Shown here one piece after another: positions 27,047-37,812 of a stretch of 64,000 bases of DNA (its first letter is position 1; each line of letters opens with the position of its first letter). The notes under the pieces are model-generated. The model did no database searches. It was not told the DNA's origin and saw only the letters and a list, made by a program, of their open reading frames with translations. The DNA comes from Candidatus Eiseniibacteriota bacterium (GTDB lineage Bacteria > Eisenbacteria > RBG-16-71-46 > JABDJR01), in assembly GCA_963768615.1 (NCBI GenBank), contig CAVYIE010000007.1:653181-717180 (forward strand), read 5' to 3'. A program made the translations under genes and the position numbers.

Positions 27047-30000
27047 CCGGCCGCAGGCGGGCACCGTTCCGCCGCCGGCCGGTCAGGCCTGGGGGCTCCC
27101 GGCCGGGGTTCCAGGACGCCCGGATGAACTCGGCCGCGTCGGCCCCCTTGGGCACGAACGCCACCGCCCCCGCCTTCCGCATCCGGTCCGCCGTGGCCCT
27201 GGTTTCCTGGATGGACATGCCGATCACCCGGATCTCCGGGCGGCGCCGGAGGATCTCCCGGGTGGCCTCGGTCCCTCCCATGCGGGGCATGTTGACGTCC
27301 ATGAGCACCACGTCCGGACGCTCCCGCTCGACGACGGCGATCGCTTCCGTACCGTCCGCCGCCTCGGCGACCACCCGGATCCCGGGCTCCTCCTGCAGCA
27401 TCCTGCAGATTCCCTGCCGCACGACGGCATGGTCGTCCACGACCAGCACCCGGATCTGCCCCTCCGCCTGGGAGAGCATCGGCAGCGCGTCCGCCGGCGC
27501 CCGGCGGTCCGGATGGGTTGGCTCCGCGGCGACGTGGATCGGCAGCTCCAGGGAAACCCGGGTTCCCTTCCCCGGAGCCGAATCCACCTGCATGCGACCC
27601 CCCAGTCCGTAGATCCGCTCGCGGAGATGGTGGAGCCCGAACCCGGCGGGCGAAGCCTCGGGCTGGTTCGAGTCCGGATCGAAGCCCACCCCCCCGTCCG
27701 CCACCGTGATCCGGATCCAGCTCCCCACCGTCTCCACCCGCACCTCGGCCCGGTCGACCGAGGCGTGCTTCACCACGTTGAACAGGAGCTCGCGAACGCC
27801 CTGGAAGAGGAAGCTCGCGACCTCGTCCCGGGGGATGACCGGATTCTCGCCGGCGTGGAGCGCCACCTCCAACCGGAGCAGGCGGGTCATATCCCGGCCG
27901 AGCCAGCGGAGGGCGGGGACCAGTCCCTCCTCGAACAGCACCGGCGGATGCAGCTCCTGGGCCAGTTCCCGGGAGCAGGCCACCGCCCGGTCCATCATCT
28001 CCGCAGCCTCCCTCCGGGCATCCTCGACCGCCTGCGCCCCCTGCGACGGATCCAGGTCGCTCAACCGCATCTTGGCCCCCACCAGCCACTGCTGGAGATC
28101 GTCGTGGAGGATCGAGGCCAGCCGCCGGCGTTCGCGTTGTTCGGCGGAAGCGAGCTCGCGGGCCAATTTCCGGAGCCGGGAGGCCTGATTCTCGAGTTCC
28201 CGGGTGCGCTCCAACACCCGCCGCTCGAGATCGTCCCGGGTCTCGCGCAGATCGTCCTCCATCCGCCTCCGTTCGGAGATGTCGACGAAGGTGATGACCA
28301 CCCCGTCGATCCGGTCCTCGGCGGTCCGGTAGGGCAGGACCCGGGTCAGATACCATCCCCGTTCTCGCTCTGGATCTCGCGTTCCACCGGGACCAGCCGG
28401 TCGAGCACCGCCCGGGCGTCGTCCTGGAGATCCCGCGGACCCAGCCGGTGGGTAAGATCCCCGAGGGGCCGGCCCCGGTCGGCGACCCGGATGCTGAACA
28501 GGTCGGCCACCCGGGGGGTGAACCGCACGATGTGCAGGTTCCGGTCCAGGAACAGGGTGGCGATATCGATGGCGGTGAGGAGGTTCTGCAGGTCGGCGCT
28601 GACGCTGAGCCAGCTCCACCAGCCGGTGGCGGTTCTCCTGGTTGACCGTGCTCAACTCCTCGTTGACGCTCTGCAGCTCTTCCTTGCTGGTCTCCAGCTC
28701 CTCCAGGGTGGACCGGAGCTCCTCGTTGGTGCTCTGCAGCTCCTCGAAGGAGGTCTGCATCTCCTCCTGGGAGGTCTCGTAGTCCTCGATCGCCGTCCGC
28801 AGCCGCTCCCGGGTGTGCTCCAGCTCAAGCTCCAGCTCGCGGATGGTGGCGTCGGACTTGGGCCGGTCCGCTTCCGGAGTGGATTCCGGGAAGTTCGAAG
28901 CCTCCTCGAACATGACCAGGAACAGGTCGTCCTGATCCGGTTCCTCCACCCGCCGGGCCCGGACCGTCACCTTCCGGGCCTCTCCTCCGATCTCCATCCG
29001 CACCGGGTTCCCCTTCACCGTGCCCGGATTCTCCCGGGCGGCGTGGAGCACGGCACGGACCTCGGCCCGGAGAGGATTCCGGACCACCTTCAGGAGGCTG
29101 TTGGTCGGCTCCCCCCCGGGGAGATGCAGGTACCGCCCCGCCCCGCTCGAGGAGTGGAGGATCCGGAGATCATCGGTGACGAGCACGCTCGGCGGGGCAT
29201 AGCGCTCAACCAGCCGTTCGTGCAGGGCGCCGTGTTCCCGGGGCCGGGGGCGGGACCGGGCCGGACCCAGCTCCGGCTTCCCCGGCGGCCCGAACACGCT
29301 CCGGGCGGTCATGGGGAGGTGCAGCTCCCGCGCCGGCACGTTGCGCCGCCGGTACAACCGGTGCTCCTTGTTCTCGGGCAGGAACAGGTTGGATCGGTCC
29401 ACGGACTCGCTGGAACCCAGGAGGAGGAGGCCGTCGGGATTGAGCGCGTAGTGGAGAAGGGTGAGCACTTCGCCCTGGGCCTCACGTTCGAGGTAGATGA
29501 GCAGGTTCCGGCAGCTGACGAGGTCGATGTGGGCGAAGGGCGGATCCCGGAGCAGGTTGTGGGGGGCGAAGACGATCGCCTCCCGGAGGTTCTTCCGGAC
29601 CCGGTAGGTGCTGTCCTCCTTGGCGAAGAACCGGCGCAGCCGTTCGGGGCCCACGCTCTCCCGGATCGACTCCGGATAGACGCCCTCCCGGGCCTTGCGG
29701 AGGGAGAGATCGTGCAGATCGCTGGCGAAGATCTGGATCCGGGGAGAGTCGTTCCTCCGGGTCGCCGCTTCCAGGAGAACCATGGCCAGGGAGTAGGCCT
29801 CCTCCCCGGTCGCACAGCCGATGGACCAGATCCGGATGTGGTCCTCCGACCCCTTGCCCTGGAAGAGGCGGGGGAGGACGTCCTGCTCGAGGAACTCGTA
29901 GGTGGAGGGATCCCGGAAGAACTGGGTCACGGTGATCAGGAGGTCGTCGGCCAGATTCCCGGCCTCCTCCCGGTGCTCGCGGACGATCTCGAGGTAGGCG

Positions 30001-30805
30001 CCGAAATCCTCCACGTGGTGGATCTGCATCCGGCGCCGGATCCGGCGCATGAGGGTCGAGCGCTTGTAGTCGCTGAAGTCGCGCCCGGTCACCAGCCTGA
30101 TCTGGGCGAAGATCGCGGAAAGGAGGCGCTCCGGGGCCTCCTGTTCCGCCTCCCTCCGTTCCCGGACGGGGACCCGGGGCTCGGTACCCGCGAACTTCAC
30201 GATCGGGTCCACCATCTCCTCGAGCCGCAGCACCAGGTCCACCGCCCCTCCGGCGATGGCGCTGCGGGGCATCCCGTCGTACTCCGCCTCCTCCGGATCC
30301 TGGACGATGGCGAGCCCCCCTGCTCCCGGATCTCCCGGAGGCCCAGGGTGCCGTCCGAGCCGGAGCCCGTGAGAACCACCCCGATCGACCGTCCGTCGTG
30401 GGACGCGGCCAGGGTGCGGAAGAAATGGTCGATGGTCGCCCGCTCGGTGCGTTTCTCCTCCAGGGCCGACAGCCGCAGGTGGGTGTCGATGGCGTTGAGG
30501 TTGGCTCCGGGAGGGATGACGTACACCCGGTCCGGTTCCAGGAGCCGGGTGTCGCTGACCTGCTCCACCGGCATCGGACAACCCGGTTGGAGGAGATCGG
30601 CCAGATGGCTCTCGTGCTCCGGAGAGAGATGGACCACGATCACGTAGGCCAGCCCGGAGTCCGGCGGCAGGCTTCCCAGGAACCGAGTGAGGGCCTTGAG
30701 CCCTCCGGCCGACGCCCCGATCCCCACCACGGACACGGCCGGCTTGCGGTCCTTCTCCTTCGGCGGCCCTTTCCGGGGGCTTTTCGGGCCCTTCGACCCA
30801 CCCAT
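26928..30805 (-). pseudogene. CheB methylesterase - CheR methyltransferase - coiled coil - PAS - HisKA_3/HATPase - receiver fusion protein with at least three frame disruptions (a pseudogene or sequencing errors)
   Basis: CheB domain in ORF 30197..30853 (VVGIGASAGGLKALTRFLGSL...VLTGSGSDGTLG). The frame changes at the C6 run at 30315-30320. CheR follows (FFRDPSTYEFL...IWSIGCATGEEAYSLAM), then a coiled coil (EELQSTNEELRSTLEELETSKEELQSVNEEL). The PAS N-half lies in another frame (ORF 28346..28528), with shifts near 28600 and at the C4 run 28357-28360. Next come the HK (LHDDLQQWLVGAKMRL, HATPase) and REC (IRVLVVDDH...VLMDVNMP) domains. Start ATG 30805 is preceded by GAGGAGG. Confidence 0.7.
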
Positions 30806-30883
30806 GGCACCTCCTCGTTCCCGGCGCGGGGAAAATTCCCCCCCCCCGGACAATTTGAGATTACCACCGATACCGGAATCGGG

Positions 30884-31381
30884 TCACGGGGCCGGCCGGC
30901 CCCGGTAGGTCTCGGTGTCCTCGCCCCTCCAGGCCAGGATGGCCTGCCGGGCGGCGGCCACCCTCCAGCTTCCGTCCACGCTCCGCGCCATCCGGTACCG
31001 GGTCCAGACCCCGGCCACGGCGTCGTCCGGCAGCCGGTCCATGATCACGGTCACGGTGGAGCTGTCCGGGGACTCGACCCGGTTGTCCGCGCGGTACAGG
31101 CGGACCCGCGGCGCCTCCGCGGTGCGGGAGATCCGCAACGCGACCTCCCCCGGATCGCCGACCCAGGCCTCGCCGCGCCGCGCCGCCGCCCCGATCTCCA
31201 GATTGAAGGGGGCGGGCTCGACCGGACTCGAGGAGATCATCATCGGCGTGTCGGCGAAATCGGCCGGCACCGCCGACACCGGGACCGGCGCTTCCGGCAC
31301 CCGAACCTCCGGCTTGCTACCGGCACAACCCATCGCGGCCGGGATCAGGGCGGCGAGCATGCATGCGATCGAGGTCTTCAT
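30884..31381 (-). CDS. Hypothetical lipoprotein
   Basis: ATG at 31381 with an AGGAGG RBS. Signal peptide plus lipobox MKTSIACMLAALIPAAMGCAG. 165 aa, no recognised family. The upstream part of ORF 30884..32545 is an artefact. Confidence 0.6.
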   Translation of the reverse strand: MKTSIACMLAALIPAAMGCAGSKPEVRVPEAPVPVSAVPADFADTPMMISSSPVEPAPFNLEIGAAARRGEAWVGDPGEVALRISRTAEAPRVRLYRADNRVESPDSSTVTVIMDRLPDDAVAGVWTRYRMARSVDGSWRVAAARQAILAWRGEDTETYRGRPAP

Positions 31382-31419
31382 CGGTCCTCCTGGTTCGGTT
31401 TCCAGCCTCCGGCGGCCCA

Positions 31420-32628
31420 TTACCTCCTGGGAGCGAGCCCCACCGCCCGGCCGTACCGGTCGAGCGCGGTCCGCACCGCCTCCCGGTCCGCCGCCGGCGG
31501 CTTCGCCGCCTCGTAGTGCAGCGACAATACCCGAAGCCGCCCCGCGGCACGGTCGGCCTTCAGGTCCACCCGGCCCACCAGGCGATCCCCGGCCAGGACG
31601 GGAAGGCAATAGTAGCCGTAAATCCGTTTCGACGCCGGTTTGAAGATCTCCAGCGTCGCCTCGAAGCCGAAGAGCCGGCTCACCCGGCGGCGGTCCCAGA
31701 GGAGCGGATCGAAGGGCGAGAGGAGCACCCCCCGGTCGGAGCGCGGCCGTACCGGGCGCAGCCGCTCGGCCAGCTCCAGGTCCGCTGGGCGGATCCAGCC
31801 CCGCACCCGCCGGCCGTCGAGGGCAAGCTCGCAGGGGACGATCTCCCCCGCCTCGGCCAGGACGGACACCGCCCCCTCCAGCGCCCGGCGGTGCGCGGAG
31901 AGGCGCCAGGTCGCGGCCACCGTCCCGGTGTCGGCCCAGCCGTGCCCCTCCAGCGCCTTGAAGACCAGGGTTCGCAGCGCCGCCCCCTCCCCCATCCGCC
32001 GCCGGCGAAGCTCCGCCGGGATCACCCGCTCGGCCAGGTCGTAGCTCCGCTGGAAGGCCCGGCGCTCCCGGATGGCCAGCTCCCCCGAGGACCACAGCGC
32101 CACCGCCACCTTCTTGGCCGGGCGGTGGCCCCACCAGGGGCCGTGGTCGGTCCCCTCCAGGTCGGCGGACCGCACCGGCCCTTCGTCGCGGATCCGGCGG
32201 AGCAGGTCCCGGGCCAGGTCCCGGTGCCGGCCCAGGATATCCCCCCACCAGGGATGGAGGCGGAACCGCTTCCGCCGGAAGGCGAATACCGGGTAGAGGT
32301 CCAGGGGGAGCCAGCTCGCCTCGTGGCCCCAGTACTCGTAGAGCGGCTCCCCGGGCCGGAGCAGGTCCTCGGCCAGCGCGGCCGGGAAGCCGGAGAGGCG
32401 GGAGGCGAGCACGATGGCGTGGCTGCGGGCTCCGGCCACCGAGACCGTGTCGAGCTGGAGGTAGCCGAAGCGCGCGACCACCGCGTGGGCCCGGGCGCGG
32501 CGCCGGGCCTCTCCCCGGCCCGCCGAAGACGGAAAGCCGGTCCACTCCGGCTTGAGGAGCCCCGCCCGGGCCAGGGCCAGCCGGCGAACGGCGGGGACGT
32601 CCAGGCTCGCGGGCCGGCGGGAAGGCAC
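31420..32628 (-). CDS. Winged-helix DNA glycosylase, YcaQ/AlkZ family (DUF1006)
   Basis: 402-aa ORF with ordinary composition. ...RFGYLQLDTVSVAGARSHAIVLASRL...YEYWGHEASWLP... resembles the YcaQ family. Confidence 0.65.
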   Translation of the reverse strand: MPSRRPASLDVPAVRRLALARAGLLKPEWTGFPSSAGRGEARRRARAHAVVARFGYLQLDTVSVAGARSHAIVLASRLSGFPAALAEDLLRPGEPLYEYWGHEASWLPLDLYPVFAFRRKRFRLHPWWGDILGRHRDLARDLLRRIRDEGPVRSADLEGTDHGPWWGHRPAKKVAVALWSSGELAIRERRAFQRSYDLAERVIPAELRRRRMGEGAALRTLVFKALEGHGWADTGTVAATWRLSAHRRALEGAVSVLAEAGEIVPCELALDGRRVRGWIRPADLELAERLRPVRPRSDRGVLLSPFDPLLWDRRRVSRLFGFEATLEIFKPASKRIYGYYCLPVLAGDRLVGRVDLKADRAAGRLRVLSLHYEAAKPPAADREAVRTALDRYGRAVGLAPRR

Positions 32629-32634
32629 CGTCGC

Positions 32635-33156
32635 CTACTCCCCGTCGTAGTCGATCAGGGCGGCGATACGGCGTCCCTCCAGGAGCTTCCGCCCCCCCAG
32701 GAAGGAGAGCTCGACCACGAAGGCCAGCCCGGCCACCTCGGCCCCCAGGCGCTCGATCAGCCGGGCGGCGGCGGCGGCGGTGCCCCCGGTGGCCAGGAGG
32801 TCGTCCACCACCAGCACCCGTTCCCCCGCCCGCACCGCGTCGCGGTGCAGCTCGAGCACCCCTTCCCCGTACTCCAGGGCGTAGGTCTCGGAGAGGCGGT
32901 CGAAGGGGAGCTTGCCCTCCTTGCGCACGGGAACGAATCCCACCCCCAGCCGCCGGGCCACGGCGATGCCGAAGATGAACCCCCGGCTCTCGATCCCCGC
33001 CACCACCTGCACGCCGGCGCCGGTGAAGGCCGCCACCAGCCGGTCCTCGGCCTCCCGGAACGCGGCCGGATCCCGGAGCATGGGCGTGATGTCGCGGAAC
33101 AGGATCCCCGGCTTGGGGAAGTCGGGCACGTCGCGGATGAAGTCCTTCAGGTCCAC
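32635..33156 (-). CDS. apt: Adenine phosphoribosyltransferase
   Basis: 173 aa ...FRDITPMLRDPAAFREA...VAGIESRGFIFG...VLVVDDLLATGGTAAAAARLIERLGAEV. Confidence 0.95.
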   Translation of the reverse strand: MDLKDFIRDVPDFPKPGILFRDITPMLRDPAAFREAEDRLVAAFTGAGVQVVAGIESRGFIFGIAVARRLGVGFVPVRKEGKLPFDRLSETYALEYGEGVLELHRDAVRAGERVLVVDDLLATGGTAAAAARLIERLGAEVAGLAFVVELSFLGGRKLLEGRRIAALIDYDGE

Positions 33157-33184
33157 CGATCCACCTCCTCGCCGGCCGTCCCGG

Positions 33185-34255
33185 CTACTTCAGCTCGTCG
33201 AGCTTCACCCCCTGTTCGGTGAGCTCGATGTACCGCTTGAGCCGCTGCAGCGCCACCTTCTCGATCTGGCGCACCCGTTCGCGGCTCACCCCCAGGCGTT
33301 CCCCGGTCCGGGCCAGGGACCGGGCCTCGCCGTCCTCGAATCCGTACCGGATGCGCAGCACCAGCTCCTCCCGCGGGCTCAGGCGGCCCAGCAGACGGTT
33401 CAGGCGCTCGTGCTCCAGGATGCGCTCCACCGTGTCCTGGAACCCCTCCGGCGGCTCGGCCAGCTCGGTCTCGGCCAGGGTCCCCATCGCCTCCCAGGAG
33501 CTCTCGTAGTCCAGGTTCTTGATGCTGGAGATCAGGGTCTTCACCCGCTTCAGGCGGGCCGGGGTCTCCCCGATCTCCGCCGCCACCTCCTTGAGGGTGG
33601 GGAGGTGCCCGGTGCGGGCGCGGATCCGGGTCTCCACGGCCAGGTAGCGGTTCACGAGCTGCATCACGTGGAAGGGAATCCGCACCGTGCGGGCCTGGTT
33701 CGCCACCCCCCGGGCCAGGGCCTGCTTGATCCACCACGCGCCGTAGGTGGAGAAGCGGAAGCCGCGCCGGTAGTCGAAGCGGTCCACGGCGGCGATGAGC
33801 CCCAGGTTGCCCTCCTCGATCAGGTCCTGGAAGGGCACCCCCCGGTTGGCGTAGCTCCGGGCCAGCTTCACCACCAGCCGCAGGTTGGACACGATGAGCC
33901 GCTTGCGGGCCTCGGACCGGTTGTGGGGCGTGGTGCCCTCGACCATCTCCCGGCCGTAGCGCTGTTCCTCCTCCGCGGAGAGGAGGGGGTAGCGGCCGAG
34001 GTCCCGGAGGTAGAGCTGGAAGGAGTCCAGGTCCACCGGCGCCTCCGGCCGGGGAGGCGCGGCGGCCTCGTCCACGATCTCCAGGCCGAGCCGGCGGGTG
34101 AGATCCAGGAAGAGGTCGAAGGCGGTGGCGTCGAAGCCGGGATGATCGAGGATCTCGTCCACCTCGGTCTGGAGAAACCGCCCCCGGCGCTTGCCGCGCT
34201 CGAGGAGCCGGTCCAGGCGATGGTCGAAGGACTGGGGTTCCGGGCTCATGGGCAC
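33185..34255 (-). CDS. RNA polymerase sigma-70 family sigma factor (RpoS/RpoD-like, regions 1.2-4.2)
   Basis: 356 aa with [21 protein letters not shown] (region 1.2), [52 protein letters not shown] (region 2) and a C-terminal HTH (region 4). Confidence 0.9.
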   Translation of the reverse strand: MPMSPEPQSFDHRLDRLLERGKRRGRFLQTEVDEILDHPGFDATAFDLFLDLTRRLGLEIVDEAAAPPRPEAPVDLDSFQLYLRDLGRYPLLSAEEEQRYGREMVEGTTPHNRSEARKRLIVSNLRLVVKLARSYANRGVPFQDLIEEGNLGLIAAVDRFDYRRGFRFSTYGAWWIKQALARGVANQARTVRIPFHVMQLVNRYLAVETRIRARTGHLPTLKEVAAEIGETPARLKRVKTLISSIKNLDYESSWEAMGTLAETELAEPPEGFQDTVERILEHERLNRLLGRLSPREELVLRIRYGFEDGEARSLARTGERLGVSRERVRQIEKVALQRLKRYIELTEQGVKLDELK

Positions 34256-34261
34256 TCCCGC

Positions 34262-34543
34262 TCAGTGGGCGATCTGGAAGCTCCCCGGGGGCGGGCCTTC
34301 CGTGGCTCCCCACTCCGCGTCCACCCGCTCCACCTGCGCCCCCTCGGGGCCGCGGTGGAGCCAGTCGAGAAGCCGCTGCAGCCGGTCCCGGGGACCCACC
34401 GCCTCCACCTCCACCGTGCCGTCGGGGAGGTTGCGGACGGTGCCGCCCACTCCGATCCGTGACGCCTCCTCGCGGGTGGAAGCGCGGAAGAACACGCCCT
34501 GGACGCGCCCGTGGACGACGGCATGAAGGGTGGGGAGGGGCAT
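34262..34543 (-). CDS. acyP: Acylphosphatase
   Basis: 93 aa [41 protein letters not shown]. Confidence 0.9.
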   Translation of the reverse strand: MPLPTLHAVVHGRVQGVFFRASTREEASRIGVGGTVRNLPDGTVEVEAVGPRDRLQRLLDWLHRGPEGAQVERVDAEWGATEGPPPGSFQIAH

Positions 34544-34631
34544 GGCTCGCGCCTCGCGGGGGGCGCCGGGCCGGGAACCCGGGGGGATCCGGGTCCCCCG
34601 GCGGAGGGTGGCCCCGCCGGCGGAAAGGGAA

Positions 34632-34708
<77 letters not shown>

Positions 34709-34826
34709 ACCTGAAAACCGAGCGTCCGGCGGAAAAGCCGCCGGACATGCGAGCGGGTAACTATATCGGTCCGGGTCCGATCCCGCAAGCGTCCATCGCG
34801 GAAAACCGCGCCGCCGTTCCCCCGGC

Positions 34827-35339
34827 CTAGCCCCCCGCCCCCGGGGCCAGGAGCCCCCCCAGGCCGATCACCCCGGTCACGGCCAGGGTCACCACCACCC
34901 CCGCGATCAGCACCCCGGCCACGATGGCCGGGAACGCCCGGTGGAACCGGATCCCCATCACGAAGGCCAGGGCGGCCCCGGTCCAGGCCCCGGTCACGGG
35001 CAGGGGCACGGCCACGAAGAGGGCCAGCCCCCAGGGGCCGTACCGCTCCACCGGCCCGCTCTTCCGGCGGGTGCGGGCGAAGAGCCACTCGAAGAAGCGG
35101 CCGAAGCCGGGCAGGTGGCCCAGGGCCCGGGAGATCGGCCCCAGGAGGAGCAGGATCGGCACCACCGGGACCAGGTTTCCCAGCACCGCGAAGAGATAGG
35201 CCTCAGCCCAGGGGATCCTGGCCACCCCGATGGCGTAGGGAATCGCCCCCCGGAGCTCCACGATGGGGAACATGGAGATGACGAAGGTCGTCCATTCCGG
35301 GGGCAGGAACTGGAAGGCGTGGATGACGGCTTCTTTCAC
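34827..35339 (-). CDS. Small integral membrane protein (COG2426-like putative small exporter)
   Basis: The GTG start at 35339 overlaps the pcm stop (GTGA). About 170 aa with 4 TM helices ([18 protein letters not shown]...). The upstream 250 aa of ORF 34827..36101 is an artefact. Confidence 0.5.
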   Translation of the reverse strand: MKEAVIHAFQFLPPEWTTFVISMFPIVELRGAIPYAIGVARIPWAEAYLFAVLGNLVPVVPILLLLGPISRALGHLPGFGRFFEWLFARTRRKSGPVERYGPWGLALFVAVPLPVTGAWTGAALAFVMGIRFHRAFPAIVAGVLIAGVVVTLAVTGVIGLGGLLAPGAGG

Positions 35340-35959
35340 GCGGTGTTCACCTCGAAACCCTCCCGTCCGAGGAGGGGCACGAAGACGCAGCGGCAGATCG
35401 CCTCTTCCCGGACCGTCTCCCCCTCCCGGGTCACCCGGATCAGGGTCTGCTCCAGCCGGTCTCCCACCGGGGCGACCAGGATGCCCTCCCCGGTGAGCTG
35501 GTCCAGGAGGGTGCGGGGCACCCGGGGAGCGGCGGCGGTGACCACGATCCGCTCGTAGGGGGCGGCGTCCCGGTAGCCGAGGCTCCCGTCCCCCACCTTG
35601 ACCACGATCCCGTCCAGGCCCAGCTCCCGGAACAGGGTCTGGGCCCGTCGGGCCAGCTCCGGCACCCGCTCCACGGTGATGACCCGGCAGCCCATCCGGG
35701 CCAGCACCGCGGCCTGGTAGCCGGACCCGGTGCCGACCTCCAGCACCTTGGTGCCCCGGGAGCACTGCAGGGCCTCGGTCATCAGGGCCACCATCTGGGG
35801 GGCGCTGATGGTCTGCCCCCCGCCGATGGGGAGCGCCGACGGCCCGTAGGCCTCGTGCTCCATGGCCTCGGGAACGAAGCGGTGCCGGGGGACGGCGCCC
35901 ATGGCCTCGATCACCGCGGGATCGGAGATCCCGCGGCCCACCACCTCGTCCCGCACCAT
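35336..35959 (-). CDS. pcm: Protein-L-isoaspartate O-methyltransferase
   Basis: ISAPQMVALMTEAL...VLEVGTGSGYQAAVLARMG...ERIVVTAAAPRVPRTLLDQLTGEGILVAPVG. The start is uncertain and may be a few codons upstream. Confidence 0.9.
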   Translation of the reverse strand: MVRDEVVGRGISDPAVIEAMGAVPRHRFVPEAMEHEAYGPSALPIGGGQTISAPQMVALMTEALQCSRGTKVLEVGTGSGYQAAVLARMGCRVITVERVPELARRAQTLFRELGLDGIVVKVGDGSLGYRDAAPYERIVVTAAAPRVPRTLLDQLTGEGILVAPVGDRLEQTLIRVTREGETVREEAICRCVFVPLLGREGFEVNTA

Positions 35960-35994
35960 CCGTTCCCGGGCCTGGGGGAAGTCCTTCCGCCCGC

Positions 35995-36747
35995 TCACGG
36001 CAGGGAGAGCTCCAGCCCCCGGAGGAAGTCGAAGCCGGCGGCGTCGGTGAGGTCGAGGAGCAGCGGGGTGAGGGACACGTACCCCTCCTCCACCGCGGCA
36101 AAGTCGGTCTCGGGATTGGGTTCCCAGGTGGGGGCGGCGCCGCCGATCCAGTAGTAGTCGCGGCCCCGGGGATCGGTCTTCCTGACGATGGCGTCGTTGT
36201 AGACCCGGGTGCCGAGGCGGGTCACCCGCACCCCCTTGATGTTGGCCCGATCGAGGGGGGGGACGTTCACGTTGACCAGGAACCGGGAGGGGGGGGACGC
36301 GGCCAGCATGCGCGCGGCCAGGGTCCGGGCGATCTCCACCGCGGGGGCGAAGTCCCGGTGCTGCCAGGAGGCCAGGCTCACGGCCAGGGAGGGAATGCCG
36401 AGGATGGCCCCCTCCATGGCCGCGGCCACCGTCCCCGAGTAGATGACGTCCTCGCCCATGTTGGGGCCCTGGTTGATCCCGCTCACCACCAGGTCGGGGC
36501 GGGCGCCGAGGAACTCGCGCACGGCCAGGAGCACGCAATCGGTGGGGGTGCCCTCCACCCCGAAGGTGCGGGGGCCGATCTCCTTCACCCGCAGGGGGTG
36601 GTGGAGGGTGAGGGAATGCGAGGTGGCGCTCTGCTCGGTGAGGGGGGCCATCACCGAGACCTCCCCCACCGTACCCAGGCCCTCGGCCAGGGCCCGGATG
36701 CCGGGAGCGTGGATGCCGTCGTCGTTGCTGACCAGAATGCGCGTCAT
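35995..36747 (-). CDS. surE: 5'/3'-nucleotidase SurE
   Basis: 250 aa MTRILVSNDDGIHAPGIRALAE...GINQGPNMGEDVIYSGTVAAAMEGAILGIPSLAVS. ATG at 36747. Confidence 0.95.
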   Translation of the reverse strand: MTRILVSNDDGIHAPGIRALAEGLGTVGEVSVMAPLTEQSATSHSLTLHHPLRVKEIGPRTFGVEGTPTDCVLLAVREFLGARPDLVVSGINQGPNMGEDVIYSGTVAAAMEGAILGIPSLAVSLASWQHRDFAPAVEIARTLAARMLAASPPSRFLVNVNVPPLDRANIKGVRVTRLGTRVYNDAIVRKTDPRGRDYYWIGGAAPTWEPNPETDFAAVEEGYVSLTPLLLDLTDAAGFDFLRGLELSLP

Positions 36748-37433
36748 GCCTGTGCTCCGCGCCGGGGACGGCGCCTGGATTCCCGCACCCACCGGAGGCT
36801 CCGGCCCACCAGCCGCAGGAACCGGGCGGTGTCCCGGAAGGGGTGCACCTTGCTCACCTCGTCGCCGTAGACCGCGGGCATCGGGATCTCCCTCACCCGG
36901 AAGCCCCGGCGGGCGGCCTTGATCAGGATCTCGGACTCCGCGTCGAACCGTTCCGACTCCAGGGGGATCTCGCGCAGGACCTCGGCCGCGATCCAGCGGA
37001 ATCCGGACTGGCTGTCGGTGATCCGCACCCCGGCCAGGGCGCTCACCACCGCGGAGGTGAAACGGTTCACCGCCACCCGGAGCCACGGCATGGGCCCCGG
37101 CGCCCGCATCCTCGACCCTACCACCAGGTCCGCGCCCGGGGCCGCGGCCAGGAAGTCCGGGATCCAGGCCGGATCGTGCTGGCCGTCCGCGTCCAGGGTG
37201 ATCACCCCCGCCGCCCCTCCGGCCAGCGCGGCCTCGAACCCGGTGCGGAGCGCCGCCCCCTTCCCCCGGTTCGCCGGATGGACGATCACCCGCGCCCCCG
37301 CCGCCCGGGCCCGCTCCGGGGCCCCGTCGGTGGACCCGTCGTCCACCACCAGCACCCGCCCGGGATCCAGGCGGCGGCCCGCCTCCGCGGCCACGACGGC
37401 GAGCGGCTCCCCGGCGTTGTAGGCCGGGATCAC
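36744..37433 (-). CDS. Glycosyltransferase family 2 (polyprenyl-phosphate/dolichyl-phosphate sugar transferase-like)
   Basis: VIPAYNAGE...VLVVDDGSTDGAPERARAAGARVIVHPANRGKGAAL...ITLDADGQHDP. The stop overlaps the surE start. The reading frame stays open upstream with no ATG/GTG/TTG, so the real start may be a CTG near 37478 or lie beyond a frameshift at the G6 run. Confidence 0.75.
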   Translation of the reverse strand: MIPAYNAGEPLAVVAAEAGRRLDPGRVLVVDDGSTDGAPERARAAGARVIVHPANRGKGAALRTGFEAALAGGAAGVITLDADGQHDPAWIPDFLAAAPGADLVVGSRMRAPGPMPWLRVAVNRFTSAVVSALAGVRITDSQSGFRWIAAEVLREIPLESERFDAESEILIKAARRGFRVREIPMPAVYGDEVSKVHPFRDTARFLRLVGRSLRWVRESRRRPRRGAQA

Positions 37434-37591
37434 CGCCCAGGTCCTCGCGCCGATACCGGCCGGGGACGGCGGGGACAGCTCCCCCCGCGATCGTTCAAGC
37501 GGATCGCGCTCCCTTCCGCGGACCGGGCGCCCGGACCCGGTACCCGCCTTCGGGGCCGGTTTCCGGGCTCGGGAAAGCCCTCCCGGCGCTC

Positions 37592-37630
37592 AAAAAAAAG
37601 AGCCCGCCGGTCCGGGGCGGTCCCGCGGGC
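37592..37630 (-). terminator. Putative terminator downstream of tRNA-Pro(GGG)
   Basis: Minus strand: gcccg-(18-nt loop)-cgggc followed by UC+U8 (plus-strand A8 at 37592-37599). Confidence 0.3.
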
Positions 37631-37684
37631 GAAGGCGGTGGAGCGGGGCGGCGGACCGGCCCGGCGCTCCCGCCGGCGACGAAC

Positions 37685-37761
37685 TGGTCGGGGCGACTGG
37701 ATTTGAACCAGCGACCACTTGCACCCCAAGCAAGTGCGCTACCAGGCTGCGCCACGCCCCG
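37685..37761 (-). tRNA. tRNA-Pro (anticodon GGG)
   Basis: Manual cloverleaf: CGGGGCG-TG-GCGC-AGCCTGGTA-GCGC-A-CTTGC-TTGGGGT-GCAAG-TGGTC-GCTGG-TTCAAAT-CCAGT-CGCCCCG-A-CCA. Confidence 0.9.
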
Positions 37762-37812
37762 ACCTAAAACCTCTTTTTGGGGTCGGAAGAGGATACACGA
37801 GGGGAAACGCGG

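Noticed and set aside
30197-30853. Stand-alone CheB methylesterase ORF, and the 60-aa ORF 28346..28528
   Set aside because: Both are in-frame pieces of the single CheB-CheR-PAS-HK-REC gene separated by single-base frame slips, not independent genes.
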